59,149 nucleotides of DNA from a virus. Its lineage: Duplodnaviria > Caudoviricetes. The stretch is from positions 1 to 59,149 of IMG/VR virus record IMGVR_UViG_3300018465_000001; one strand, given 5' to 3'. Numbering within the stretch: the stretch's first letter is position 1; the number at the start of each line of letters is the position of its first letter. Below the pieces are notes generated by a model. It saw only the letters and a program-made list of their open reading frames with translations, did no database searches and was not told the origin of the DNA. Below are positions 8,328-17,401 of this stretch, piece after piece. The position numbers were made by a program, and so were the translations under genes.

Positions 8328-8666
8328 TTACTTGTGGTCGCGGTTCCGGCTCGGCCCAGGGTTGTCACTGGTGATCTCCTGGCAGTGCAGCACCTTGGAC
8401 CACTCCTGCATCGACGCCTGGATGGCCCGCCCCCGATCACCATCGGGACCCTCCGGCGGGGCGGGGGGAGCCAGGAAGACCTCGATCATGGCGCACACCG
8501 CGCGGTCCTGTTCGAGCTGGAGCTGGGCCTCGTCCTTCTCCTGCTCCTGCTCGTTGTGCCAGATCCAGTAAGAGAGCAGGCCCGCGATGGCCAGGACAGC
8601 GATGCCCCAGCTCAGCAGGACCAGCCAGACCGGCCGGGACATCGGTTCCCGCAGAGCACCCCTCAT
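8328..8666 (-). CDS. Membrane-anchored coiled-coil protein
   Basis: One hydrophobic segment, then a Q/E-rich helix and two Cys. Confidence 0.7.
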   Translation of the reverse strand: MRGALREPMSRPVWLVLLSWGIAVLAIAGLLSYWIWHNEQEQEKDEAQLQLEQDRAVCAMIEVFLAPPAPPEGPDGDRGRAIQASMQEWSKVLHCQEITSDNPGPSRNRDHK

Positions 8667-8935
8667 CGCGCATCAGCTCCCGATGGACCGGATGACCCAG
8701 GCGACGAGGAGGGCTCCAGCCCCGGCGGTTCCTCCGACTGCGATTGCAGACTGGGCCGCATACCGGGTCCGGAGAGCCAGAGCCTGAGAAAGCCAGGTCC
8801 CATCATGGTCGCCGCGCTGATCAGCATGATCGGCCACGGTCCTTCTGTGTACGCGGTCCACGTTCCCCACGTCCCGCCCAGAACGAGAAAGAAGATGTCC
8901 CGTCCCAAGGGGGGCAAAACCCGCCGTCTGGTCAC
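8663..8935 (-). CDS. Small membrane protein
   Basis: Two hydrophobic segments; ATGA overlap with the next gene. Confidence 0.6.
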   Translation of the reverse strand: MTRRRVLPPLGRDIFFLVLGGTWGTWTAYTEGPWPIMLISAATMMGPGFLRLWLSGPGMRPSLQSQSEEPPGLEPSSSPGSSGPSGADAR

Positions 8936-8945
8936 GCACTGGTCC

Positions 8946-9686
8946 CTACCCTTCCGGTGCGAAGCGCCTTTTCAGTGAGGTTACCTGGCGGTTTACCGAC
9001 GGTCCCGACCTCGGCCCCCGCATTCGGGTATACACAGGGTCACGGACCACCGGACCTCCCCAAGACAGTTCCAGCGCTGAGCCCGAGTGGTGTCTGACCG
9101 CGCGCCGGTCGGCCGCGCGGTGCTTGGTGATAGACGCTACGGGCCGATGATCCACGAGCGATGGCCAGGTGTACCAGACCTCCCCGCCCCGTCTCTTGGT
9201 CCACCCGGCAACTCGCATGTCATCGGGTACCCGGTACATGGTGTCGGCACGCGCGATCATGTCCGGGATCAGTGCGACGGGGAGGCAGATGGCCACCCCC
9301 CACATCAGGGACTGGCTGACCACGAACGAGGCCCGGCGCTGGTCGGCCAGCGTGCCGAGCGTCAGCCACTTCCGGGGCGCGGCGCCACCCTGGCCCAGGT
9401 ACGGGCACACCGTGGCGTCCGGCGGGACGTGCTCGAGCGCGCGCTCCAGCCCCTCCAGGAAGTCCGGACAGGGAAGAGCGTCGTCCTGGATCAGGACGTG
9501 CCAGTCGGCCGCCGGATCGTGGAGCTGCCACGCGGCACGGGCCACGCGCCAGACCCGGTCCCCGTCACCCTTGGGCGGTCCCTCGGGATCCCAGTGGACC
9601 GGGACCTCCCGGCCGAGCCGGTCCTGGAGGTCACTCACCAGGTCGGCCCGGTCGGGGTGGGCCATGATGCTGGCCGAGAGCTTCAC
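8946..9686 (-). CDS. Glycosyltransferase (GT-A fold, GT25-like)
   Basis: SIMAHP.R, HVLIQDDA, PSLVDH motifs. Confidence 0.7.
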   Translation of the reverse strand: MKLSASIMAHPDRADLVSDLQDRLGREVPVHWDPEGPPKGDGDRVWRVARAAWQLHDPAADWHVLIQDDALPCPDFLEGLERALEHVPPDATVCPYLGQGGAAPRKWLTLGTLADQRRASFVVSQSLMWGVAICLPVALIPDMIARADTMYRVPDDMRVAGWTKRRGGEVWYTWPSLVDHRPVASITKHRAADRRAVRHHSGSALELSWGGPVVRDPVYTRMRGPRSGPSVNRQVTSLKRRFAPEG

Positions 9687-11401
9687 GCGCCGTCCCGGAG
9701 CGCCTGGAGCATCGCGTCCCGCTTGTCCTTGCGCGCGCCCAGCTTGATGTCCCGGTGCTTGGCCAGCGCGCGAAGCTGGGTCGTGTTCAGATCCTCGATC
9801 TTGGAACCGGCCAGCGGCTCCTCCAGTTCCCCCGGCTGGACGTGACACCTACGTGTCAACTCCTCGGCGGACGTCTCCAGGGCGGCCACCCCCTCGGGGT
9901 CGGCCATCCAGTCCTCCTCCGGGGAGGGCGAGACTCCCTCGCTCGTGATGGCCGAGAGCGCGGAAGAGCGATTTCCCGCGCTCTCGGCCAGCCGGGTGAC
10001 GGCCAGCCGGTCGTGGTACAACTCGATCGGCGCCAGGAAGCCCTCGGCTACCAGTTCGTCCACGGCCTCCCCGACGCCGGGCCAGTCCGGGTGGCCGTAG
10101 TCGTCCACCGCGATCACGGCACCCGGCGCCAGGTGCGGCGCCCACGAGACGATGTCCTGGCGCGCGCCCTCCTTGGTGTGGTCGCCATCCACGTAGAGCA
10201 GGCCGACCTTCTGGGCGCCGTTCAACGCCTCCCAGTTCTCGGCCACGTCCACCGAGAAATTCTGGATCAGGAGAACCTGATCCTGGTACCCCAGTTCCCG
10301 GATGCGGTACTCCGCCCACCGGCGGGAGTCGGCCTCGGTGAAGGGCGGATCGTAAACGTTGCCCTCCAGGTCCCACGGGTCGATGGCCGTCACGTGCGCG
10401 CCATGGCCCTGCTTCGCTCCCCAGGCCATGATCAGCGCGGTCCGGCCCTGGAACACGCCCAGCTCCACAATCTCCTGGTCAGCGGGCACCTGGAGCGCGA
10501 AGTCAGCGAGCGTCATACCGATCTCGTCCGGGGTCGCGCCCCGGACCTCCTTGAACTCCTTGGAGAACGGGAAGCGTGCCACGTCAACCTTCCTGGTGGT
10601 CGGGCCGGACCGGCGGACCACGCCGCGCGTCCGGGGAGTGGAGATGATGATCGGCTTGTCAGGGGACACCCGGTACTCAGGCTGGCCGAGCCGGAAGGCA
10701 CGAACCGTGTTGATGTCCGTGACCATCCCGGAGGAACGCCAGCGCTCGTACGCCACCCGGTCTTTGCGGAACTGGTCGCGGTGGTTCACCCGCTTGTACT
10801 GGTCATCGCTGTCGGCCTTACCGGCCACCGGGTGCATGTGCTCGATCCGGACCTCGGGGAGGTGACGGAGCGCCCCGGCGCCGTTGAACAGGTCCATCAT
10901 GGCGTTATCGCAGTACATGTGCTCCACCGGCGCCGGGACCATGCGGCCCAGCGCGCGAACTACGTCCGAAGTGACGGCCCACTCGGTGCTGAGCTTGCGG
11001 CCCTGGTATCCGTCGTCGCCGTAGACCATGCCGGTGCCCATCTCGTGCAGCACGGTCAAGTACCGCTTGGCCCAGTCGATCGTCTGGGGGAAGTGGTCGT
11101 CACCGGCGAATCCGATGGCGAAGTAGCCCTCGGTCAGTGTGAAAGCCACGTAGTCGAGTTTGTGCACCATCGGCACCCAGTGCGGTTGCACGTGGATGGA
11201 GAACAGCTCCTCCCCCGTGTCCGGGTGCCGATGCTCCTCGTGGAGCGCCTCGTACCGCTGGTACTCCGGGTCGTCCGCGTCGACGGCCAGGATCATGTCC
11301 GCCACGTCCCAGGCGTTCGTGAAGTCCCAGGCGCTGATGACCTTGCGGATGTTCCCCGGGCGCCCCCGGGTGGGGATGACGATCGCGAGATCGACGGTCA
11401 C
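9683..11401 (-). CDS. GT2 glycosyltransferase - class I SAM methyltransferase fusion with C-terminal Rho-N/HeH-like helical domain
   Basis: IVIPTRGR, AGDDH, H.YCD, EH.HP; then VELGVFQG, AIDPW, YVDGDH, VDDY; then LRALAK..DIKL. Confidence 0.85.
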   Translation of the reverse strand: MTVDLAIVIPTRGRPGNIRKVISAWDFTNAWDVADMILAVDADDPEYQRYEALHEEHRHPDTGEELFSIHVQPHWVPMVHKLDYVAFTLTEGYFAIGFAGDDHFPQTIDWAKRYLTVLHEMGTGMVYGDDGYQGRKLSTEWAVTSDVVRALGRMVPAPVEHMYCDNAMMDLFNGAGALRHLPEVRIEHMHPVAGKADSDDQYKRVNHRDQFRKDRVAYERWRSSGMVTDINTVRAFRLGQPEYRVSPDKPIIISTPRTRGVVRRSGPTTRKVDVARFPFSKEFKEVRGATPDEIGMTLADFALQVPADQEIVELGVFQGRTALIMAWGAKQGHGAHVTAIDPWDLEGNVYDPPFTEADSRRWAEYRIRELGYQDQVLLIQNFSVDVAENWEALNGAQKVGLLYVDGDHTKEGARQDIVSWAPHLAPGAVIAVDDYGHPDWPGVGEAVDELVAEGFLAPIELYHDRLAVTRLAESAGNRSSALSAITSEGVSPSPEEDWMADPEGVAALETSAEELTRRCHVQPGELEEPLAGSKIEDLNTTQLRALAKHRDIKLGARKDKRDAMLQALRDGA

Positions 11402-11516
11402 CGAGCACCCCTGAACACGCGTCGACCAATCCAGGTCAGGTGGTGGGTGTGAGGCGACGTGTCCGGGCATCCGCCCTCACATCGCCGTGTCCACCACCGG
11501 GCAGGAATCTTGATCA

Positions 11517-12170
11517 TCATTCACTCCAGGTGAAGTGCGGGTGGTCGATCATCGATCGCTCCCCGGGGGTGATGGCGCGCGGTTTCTGCCAGCGCGTCCC
11601 GGTCGTGGTGAACAGGTAGTGATACATGATCCGGGGGACCACCACCTGGGTCCGGAGGATCTTGGCACGCCGAAGCTGCCCGGCCCAGTCCCGGTCCTCG
11701 GCGCCACCGGTCCGCGTCCGGGCGAAACTGGCACGCCTGGCCAGTACGGTCCGGATCGGGTTGATGTGCGAGATGTCCCGTTCGAACCGGCCGGGGAGGT
11801 TGCGCCACTTCCGGAATTCCAGGGAGTGGTACGCCACCGCCGTGGGCGCGCCGTCCGAGTAGCACTGAACCTGGAACCCGACGTAGTCCGGCCGGGTCTC
11901 CAGAGCGGCCACGATCTCGGCCACGTAGTCGGGGCTCACCAGGTCGTCATCGTCCACGAAAGAGACATAGTCCGTCTCGGCCTGCTCGATCATCGTCTGG
12001 CGGATCCGGGGGAGAGGAGGTGTGCCGTTGTTGAACCAGCCGACCACGCGCACGCGGCCGCCGTAGGGGTCGAGCTGGGGGAGCAGGCCGCGCATGAGGC
12101 GCCCGAACAGCTCCCGGCGCTCCCCGAGGGTCGGCACCAGGATGCTCCACGTTGGCGGCATGGCTGTCAT
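11517..12170 (-). CDS. GT2 glycosyltransferase
   Basis: SILVPT..R, YVSFVDDDD, GAED..W. Confidence 0.85.
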   Translation of the reverse strand: MTAMPPTWSILVPTLGERRELFGRLMRGLLPQLDPYGGRVRVVGWFNNGTPPLPRIRQTMIEQAETDYVSFVDDDDLVSPDYVAEIVAALETRPDYVGFQVQCYSDGAPTAVAYHSLEFRKWRNLPGRFERDISHINPIRTVLARRASFARTRTGGAEDRDWAGQLRRAKILRTQVVVPRIMYHYLFTTTGTRWQKPRAITPGERSMIDHPHFTWSE

Positions 12171-12225
12171 GTCCTCAGCGTATCAGGTCGGCGGACATCC
12201 CGGTGTGCCCGGCTATCGGCGAGGA

Positions 12226-12357
12226 AGCGGGGGGAGCGGGGGCAGCTCTCCGGCGCTCTCCCCCGCGTGCACGCGCTCTCGGGTGTGCCCACACACCTAA
12301 CAGGCACGTCTTTTTCTCAACGTGTATAGCGTAGGGGGTCTCCCCGCTCCCCCCGCT
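12226..12357. repeat. 16-bp inverted repeat flanking a 100-bp non-coding core (element A)
   Basis: AGCGGGGGGAGCGGGG (12226-12241) / CCCCGCTCCCCCCGCT (12342-12357). Confidence 0.8.
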
Positions 12358-12360
12358 ACT

Positions 12361-12633
12361 TCACTCCGGCTCGGGATCGGGGTCCGGCGGGAGATCCTGG
12401 TTCGTCGCACTGATCGGTATGAGCGACGTGTCGTAGACCTGGCCGGTGACGTTGCCGAACCTGTCCGGCCACCCCTGGAGAAAGTCGATCAGCTCCTGAG
12501 GGATGGTGTCGAGAAGTGCGTTCCCCTCGGGCGTGCCGTCGCTCTGGATCTGGACGGAGATGAACAGGTGCTCGTGCGGGACGTTGATCTGGGCCGGGAA
12601 GATGACGATGGGCTGTGGAGTACCGAGCGGCAT
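12361..12633 (-). CDS. Hypothetical protein (acidic; possible tail accessory)
   Basis: 90-aa ORF downstream of the tail genes. Confidence 0.65.
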   Translation of the reverse strand: MPLGTPQPIVIFPAQINVPHEHLFISVQIQSDGTPEGNALLDTIPQELIDFLQGWPDRFGNVTGQVYDTSLIPISATNQDLPPDPDPEPE

Positions 12634-12658
12634 GCTGCCCCCTGTTGACTGTTAAGTA

Positions 12659-13330
12659 TCACTGTGGCCTGACGAGTATGTATCTCCGGTTGAACCGCGC
12701 GGTACCGGCCGTACAGGCGTAGGTGAGCGACGCGTTGTAGACCGCGCCGGGCGTCATCCCACTCACCAGGCCCACGATGTTCAGCGGCCCCTGGCCCGCC
12801 GACGTGCTGGACATGAAGACCGATGCTGTGTCCGTGGTGGTCGCCCGGTAGACCGTCCCCGATCCGACCGTCGATCCCTGGCGGACCTCGTGGTCCAGCA
12901 GGGAGTACTGGCCCACCGTGTCGTTTCCGCCCCCGGCCCGGCCGAAGATCTGAACGATGCCGGAGGGGGGCGCGATAAAGGCCACCCCGTGCACGCCGGT
13001 CGTGGTCAGGCTGTTGGTGAAGGAGGTGGAGGTGGTGCTCCCCAGGGTGGTGTTGCCGGTGGCCTCGACCGGCACGGCCGATGCCGCGTTCGATCCGCCG
13101 AGGATCAGCAGTGAGCCCCGATACGAGAGCACCTGGACCGACGTGCCGACCGTGAACACGGCCGCCCCCAGCACCGGCACGTCGGTCACGAGAGCGTCGT
13201 TCAGGGTGATGGATACCCGGCCGGTGCTGGCGTCCCGCGCGGCGATGACAGCCGTCCGTAGACGGAGAACGTCCTGACCATCCGGGGTCGGGTTGATCTT
13301 CTTCTTGATCTTGCTGAGATCGATCGGCAT
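12659..13330 (-). CDS. Minor tail protein
   Basis: Gly/Thr/Ser-rich beta protein; synteny. Confidence 0.7.
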   Translation of the reverse strand: MPIDLSKIKKKINPTPDGQDVLRLRTAVIAARDASTGRVSITLNDALVTDVPVLGAAVFTVGTSVQVLSYRGSLLILGGSNAASAVPVEATGNTTLGSTTSTSFTNSLTTTGVHGVAFIAPPSGIVQIFGRAGGGNDTVGQYSLLDHEVRQGSTVGSGTVYRATTTDTASVFMSSTSAGQGPLNIVGLVSGMTPGAVYNASLTYACTAGTARFNRRYILVRPQ

Positions 13331-14406
13331 CAGCCCAGCTCCCGAACCTGGAGGGACGTGTCACCAGTGAGGTTGACCGTCACAGCATCCACCGCCAGGA
13401 TCGCACCCCCGACGGCCACCACGTCCCCGGCCGTGATGGTTGGGTCGTACGGCACGATCAGCGCGTACGTGGCCCCGGCGCCGACGTTGGCCGCCAGGAT
13501 CGTATTGGCCGCGCTCTGGGCCTGGGCCACGGTCGTGAGCAAGGGGGAGGAGTAGAACTCCGTCACGCGGCCGTACGGACTGGTTCCCGGCCCGGTCCCC
13601 GCGTACGTCGGGGAGGAGGGGTCGGTGTCCATGGCCACCGCCTGAACCGGTGCGGATCCGTCCTGGGGCTCGCCTCGGGCCACCACGACGTTGGGCGGCC
13701 GCGTGTCGAAATCGGCCGAGAGGCTGGCCAGGGAGGACAACGGGTAAGCCGCATCGGTGTCCGCCGTCACCACGCCGATCTGGATGTCCCCCACTCGGTC
13801 GTACCAGGCCGTCCGGCTGAACCCGGCCAGCACGTCCAGGATCTCGGACCACGGCGCGGTCGCGCTGTCGAGTCCGAACGTCCGGGGCGCCCCGAGCGTG
13901 GCTCCCGTGGCAGGCACCCCCGGGTTGATACCCGTTCGGTTCGAGATCACGTTGTTGACCATGGTGGCCAGGTCGGTCCCGGCCGCCACGGTGTGCGGGC
14001 TCTCGAACCGGTAGCGCTCCACCTCGCCCGAGATATCTGACAGGCCCACGTCGATCACACGGGTGTCGGCCGAGATCCTCGTCCCGACCGTGCTGATCTC
14101 GTAGGTGCCGTACGGGACAGTTGACACTGAACCGTCAAGAAGCTCGAGGCCCAGATCCACGGTGAACGTGGTCCCGAACGGGGTGAGGATGTCACTGGGC
14201 CGGGACGGGATGAGGTCATCACCGACGAACGAGAGGCGCCCGTCCCACCGGCCGTTGCGCCGGTTGTCCTGGGTGAGACTGCCACCCACCGGCTCCAGCT
14301 CCACGGTCTGACCGCCCCGGCTGGCTGTGAACCTCATCCACCGGCGGTAGGCCGTCGGGGTGGCGAGAGCCGCCTGGTGGCGCGCACTGTCGAACCGAGT
14401 AGGCAT
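13330..14406 (-). CDS. Minor tail / baseplate hub-like protein (DUF5047-like)
   Basis: GGS.T.D, L.PFG, D.DPSSPTY...PYGRV..FYSSPL motifs. Confidence 0.75.
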   Translation of the reverse strand: MPTRFDSARHQAALATPTAYRRWMRFTASRGGQTVELEPVGGSLTQDNRRNGRWDGRLSFVGDDLIPSRPSDILTPFGTTFTVDLGLELLDGSVSTVPYGTYEISTVGTRISADTRVIDVGLSDISGEVERYRFESPHTVAAGTDLATMVNNVISNRTGINPGVPATGATLGAPRTFGLDSATAPWSEILDVLAGFSRTAWYDRVGDIQIGVVTADTDAAYPLSSLASLSADFDTRPPNVVVARGEPQDGSAPVQAVAMDTDPSSPTYAGTGPGTSPYGRVTEFYSSPLLTTVAQAQSAANTILAANVGAGATYALIVPYDPTITAGDVVAVGGAILAVDAVTVNLTGDTSLQVRELG

Positions 14407-17217
14407 CTACAGGTACTCCTCCGGGTCGGCCGTGGTGGGCCACGGCTGGTTGACGAGGGTGATCTGTACGACCCAGACGTCCGGCGCCGGACGGTTGACC
14501 GTCCAGCTCCCCGGCGCGTACCAGCCCGACGTACCGCCGAGCGGCGAGAAGTAGAGCCGGTCCGAGGCCAGCAACTCCTCCAGTTCGTCGATCGCGGCCA
14601 TGCCCTCCACCGCGATCGACAGGGTGATGTCCTCCCCGGGCTCGGTGGTGCTGACCGAGTGGAGCCCACCGTCCAGCGGGGTGGAGTCGGCCACCAGCCG
14701 GGGGTACGCGCTGGACCGGTCGGTCACCACGGCCAGCTTGGTGGTCAGGCTGGCCAGCCGGTCCAGGCCGTCGGCGTACTCCAGCGCCGGGACCGTCACC
14801 GAAGCGAACGCGGAGATCTTGAGTTCCGGCACGGGGAGCGGGCCACCGGAGATCGTGCCGTCCAGCCGGACGAAGTGAGCCTCCCGGTACGGAGGGAGGT
14901 GGCTGACCGTGTTGGTGGCGCCGGAGTTGGCCGGGTTCACGTCCGGGGAATCGCTGTCCGTCGTCCCGGCTGAGTGCGTGTGCCCGGTCGTTGGGCTGTC
15001 TCCCAGGTCCCCGAAGGATGGGGCCTCGTATGAGGTCGTGGTGGAGGCCAGCACGTCCAGCGTGTGTGCGTGGCCTGGCATCCCGTGGGTGTGGTTCGGG
15101 GTGGTGTGGGAGTGGTTCGACGCACCGCCGGTGGAGTTCACCGAGTCGGAACCGGCCTCCCGGGCGAAGTAGGTGCGCATGTCCGGGGTGCCGTTCGATC
15201 CGTCGCAAAGGGTCAGGATCGGATCTAGATCCGCGACCGCCCCGAGATACAGCCCGATGATCCGGGTCTGGGTCCCTCCGCCCGTGTTCTGCAGAACTCG
15301 CAACCGCCGGTGCGGTGGCTCCAGGGTGGCCGCGCCGGTGGTGCCGCCGTTCGCGCTGGCCGTGTTCCCGGTGGCCGCCGTGTCCACGTTCATTGGGTGC
15401 GTGTGCCGGGGGAGCCACCGAGGGGTGCTCGATCCGGTACCGGCCTCCTGGGAACTGGACGGGTTGCTCAACCCGGTCGAGCCGATGGAGTGGTCGTGCG
15501 TCACCCCACCGTGGAGGTGGCTGTTGACGACGTGCTGATGGCTGGCAGAGCCCGAGGTCCCCCCGCCGTTTCCGCCGGTGGCCGCGCCCTTGAGGTACCG
15601 GCCGCTGGCCGCCGCGTACGTCGTCCAGCCGGACACACTCTCGGTGGACCAGCCCACCGCGCCGATCGGGTACGCCGCTTGCGACCCGTCCGATTCGATC
15701 CAGATCACGTCCAGGGCCGGGGGAGTGTTGTTCGCCGAGCTGGTCCCCGGCGCCGTCACGGTCGTGTAGAACGCTCCGGCCGACCCGGTCGAGCTGGGCT
15801 TGGCATGCGAGTGCGGCTGGTCGGCCTGAGCTTTGCTGGCCCCGTTGAACCGGGCGGAGGTGGTGCTGGAGTTGCTGGTCCCCGTGTTGCCCCCCACGCC
15901 GTGGCTGTGCGCGTTGACCGCGTGCCGGTGGCCCGGAGTGGTGTGGGAGTGGCTCGCCGCGCCACCGGTCGTCACTGGCGCTCCGGTCCCGGTGGCGCCC
16001 CGGGGGAACACACCGTCCAGCGCCGTCACCCGTGTCCAGCCGGACGGGATGCTGGCGGCCGTGCTGGGCCAGGCCAGGATCAGGTCGGACGGGATGGTGT
16101 CCGGCAACTCGACGAACGTGGAGACGTAGCCCTGATACCGGACCAGGTACGTGACATCGCACGCTTCGCTTGACACTTCACAGTCAGGGCCGCTGGCAAT
16201 CGGGTCGAGCTGGGGGATGGCCAGGTCCAGGTATGAGCCGTTGAGCCCGTCCGGCACCGTGGCGATCCGGGCCAGCCCGTTGCAGTCCTGGCGCCAGACC
16301 TCGGCCACCACGTAGTCGTTGTCCCAGGCCTGGCCACCCGGATTCTCCCAGGAAACTAGGTAGCCGCCGTCCGACTCGGTGACCGTGACCAGGGGAGGCG
16401 ACGGCGGGGGGACCACGTTCTGGACGGAGAACGCGATCGTGTCCGTCACCTCGAACGCGTCCGCTCCCCGGATCGTGGAGGTGACCGAGAACAGTGCGGT
16501 GTACGCACCGTCCTCAAGACTGGTGGTCACTTCCACGCTGGTCGGCGGGACACCGGTGCCGGACGACGTGAAGACCGTGGCGTCGACCGCGTCCTTGACC
16601 GTCACCGACCAGGAGGCGGCCGGGAGACCGTCGTAGTCCACCGCGCCGATGAACAGGGTGGGCTGGGTCGTATCGGTGACCGTGCCACCGCTCTGGTCGT
16701 CCCCGGCCGCGTCCTGAACCTCGGCGTTGTACTGGGGGCCGAGACGGCAGTCCACATCGAGGTAGCACTCGGCGGTCCGGATCTCGGTCGCCCCGACGGA
16801 TCCGGCCATCCACCCCCCGCCGATGTTGAGATCGGACAGAGCGCCCACCGTGTTCAGCCCGAACGCCGCGTCCTGGAACCATGGGGTGGCCTGATCGGCG
16901 AAGGCGTCCGTGACCGGCACCGTGCCGTACCGGATGTACGAGGTCGCTCCCCGGCCGACGTCGATGTCCTCGAACGTCGTCCCCGCATCGGTCCGGATGC
17001 GGATGCGCCCCCGGATCTGGTGGCGCTGGTATCCGGCGGCCGGGGTGTGCGACTCCAGCCGCAGACTCCAGTTATGGTCCGAATTGACCAGGAGGAACTG
17101 GATGTAGGTCGAGTCGGAGTTGTCCGAGGTCACCCCGGCCAGGTTGCCGGAAGGCACGGCCACACCGGCACCCGCCAGGCGCACGGAGAGGGGCCGGAGC
17201 ACGTCGGTTACAGCCAT
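14407..17217 (-). CDS. Large tail protein with collar-like and HxH-repeat fibre insert; paralog of 17402-20182
   Basis: IPSGW...LDG.FPRGA, LCDGSNGTPD, many HxH motifs; an alternative start exists at 17262. Confidence 0.8.
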   Translation of the reverse strand: MAVTDVLRPLSVRLAGAGVAVPSGNLAGVTSDNSDSTYIQFLLVNSDHNWSLRLESHTPAAGYQRHQIRGRIRIRTDAGTTFEDIDVGRGATSYIRYGTVPVTDAFADQATPWFQDAAFGLNTVGALSDLNIGGGWMAGSVGATEIRTAECYLDVDCRLGPQYNAEVQDAAGDDQSGGTVTDTTQPTLFIGAVDYDGLPAASWSVTVKDAVDATVFTSSGTGVPPTSVEVTTSLEDGAYTALFSVTSTIRGADAFEVTDTIAFSVQNVVPPPSPPLVTVTESDGGYLVSWENPGGQAWDNDYVVAEVWRQDCNGLARIATVPDGLNGSYLDLAIPQLDPIASGPDCEVSSEACDVTYLVRYQGYVSTFVELPDTIPSDLILAWPSTAASIPSGWTRVTALDGVFPRGATGTGAPVTTGGAASHSHTTPGHRHAVNAHSHGVGGNTGTSNSSTTSARFNGASKAQADQPHSHAKPSSTGSAGAFYTTVTAPGTSSANNTPPALDVIWIESDGSQAAYPIGAVGWSTESVSGWTTYAAASGRYLKGAATGGNGGGTSGSASHQHVVNSHLHGGVTHDHSIGSTGLSNPSSSQEAGTGSSTPRWLPRHTHPMNVDTAATGNTASANGGTTGAATLEPPHRRLRVLQNTGGGTQTRIIGLYLGAVADLDPILTLCDGSNGTPDMRTYFAREAGSDSVNSTGGASNHSHTTPNHTHGMPGHAHTLDVLASTTTSYEAPSFGDLGDSPTTGHTHSAGTTDSDSPDVNPANSGATNTVSHLPPYREAHFVRLDGTISGGPLPVPELKISAFASVTVPALEYADGLDRLASLTTKLAVVTDRSSAYPRLVADSTPLDGGLHSVSTTEPGEDITLSIAVEGMAAIDELEELLASDRLYFSPLGGTSGWYAPGSWTVNRPAPDVWVVQITLVNQPWPTTADPEEYL

Positions 17218-17278
17218 GCCTGTGATCCTCCCATACCCGGAGTTGCGGAACCTCGCAGCCATGCGGTAACGTCACAGG

Positions 17279-17393
17279 CAGAACGAGGAAGTACCCCGGG
17301 CTTATCGTTCGGCCCGCACAACGAAGCACCACCCGCGATTATCGTTGGTCGCACCCAGAACGAGGCACCACCTGGGCTTATCGTTCGGCCCGC
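17279..17393. repeat. Three imperfect ~38-bp tandem repeats, each AACGA-N17/18-TCGTT
   Basis: TTATCGTT at 17302, 17339 and 17378; AACGA upstream in each unit. Confidence 0.75.
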
Positions 17394-17401
17394 GTCCCTG
17401 T

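Noticed and set aside
17279-17393. Mini-CRISPR array
   Set aside because: Units are tandem imperfect repeats without unique spacers of CRISPR length; no cas genes
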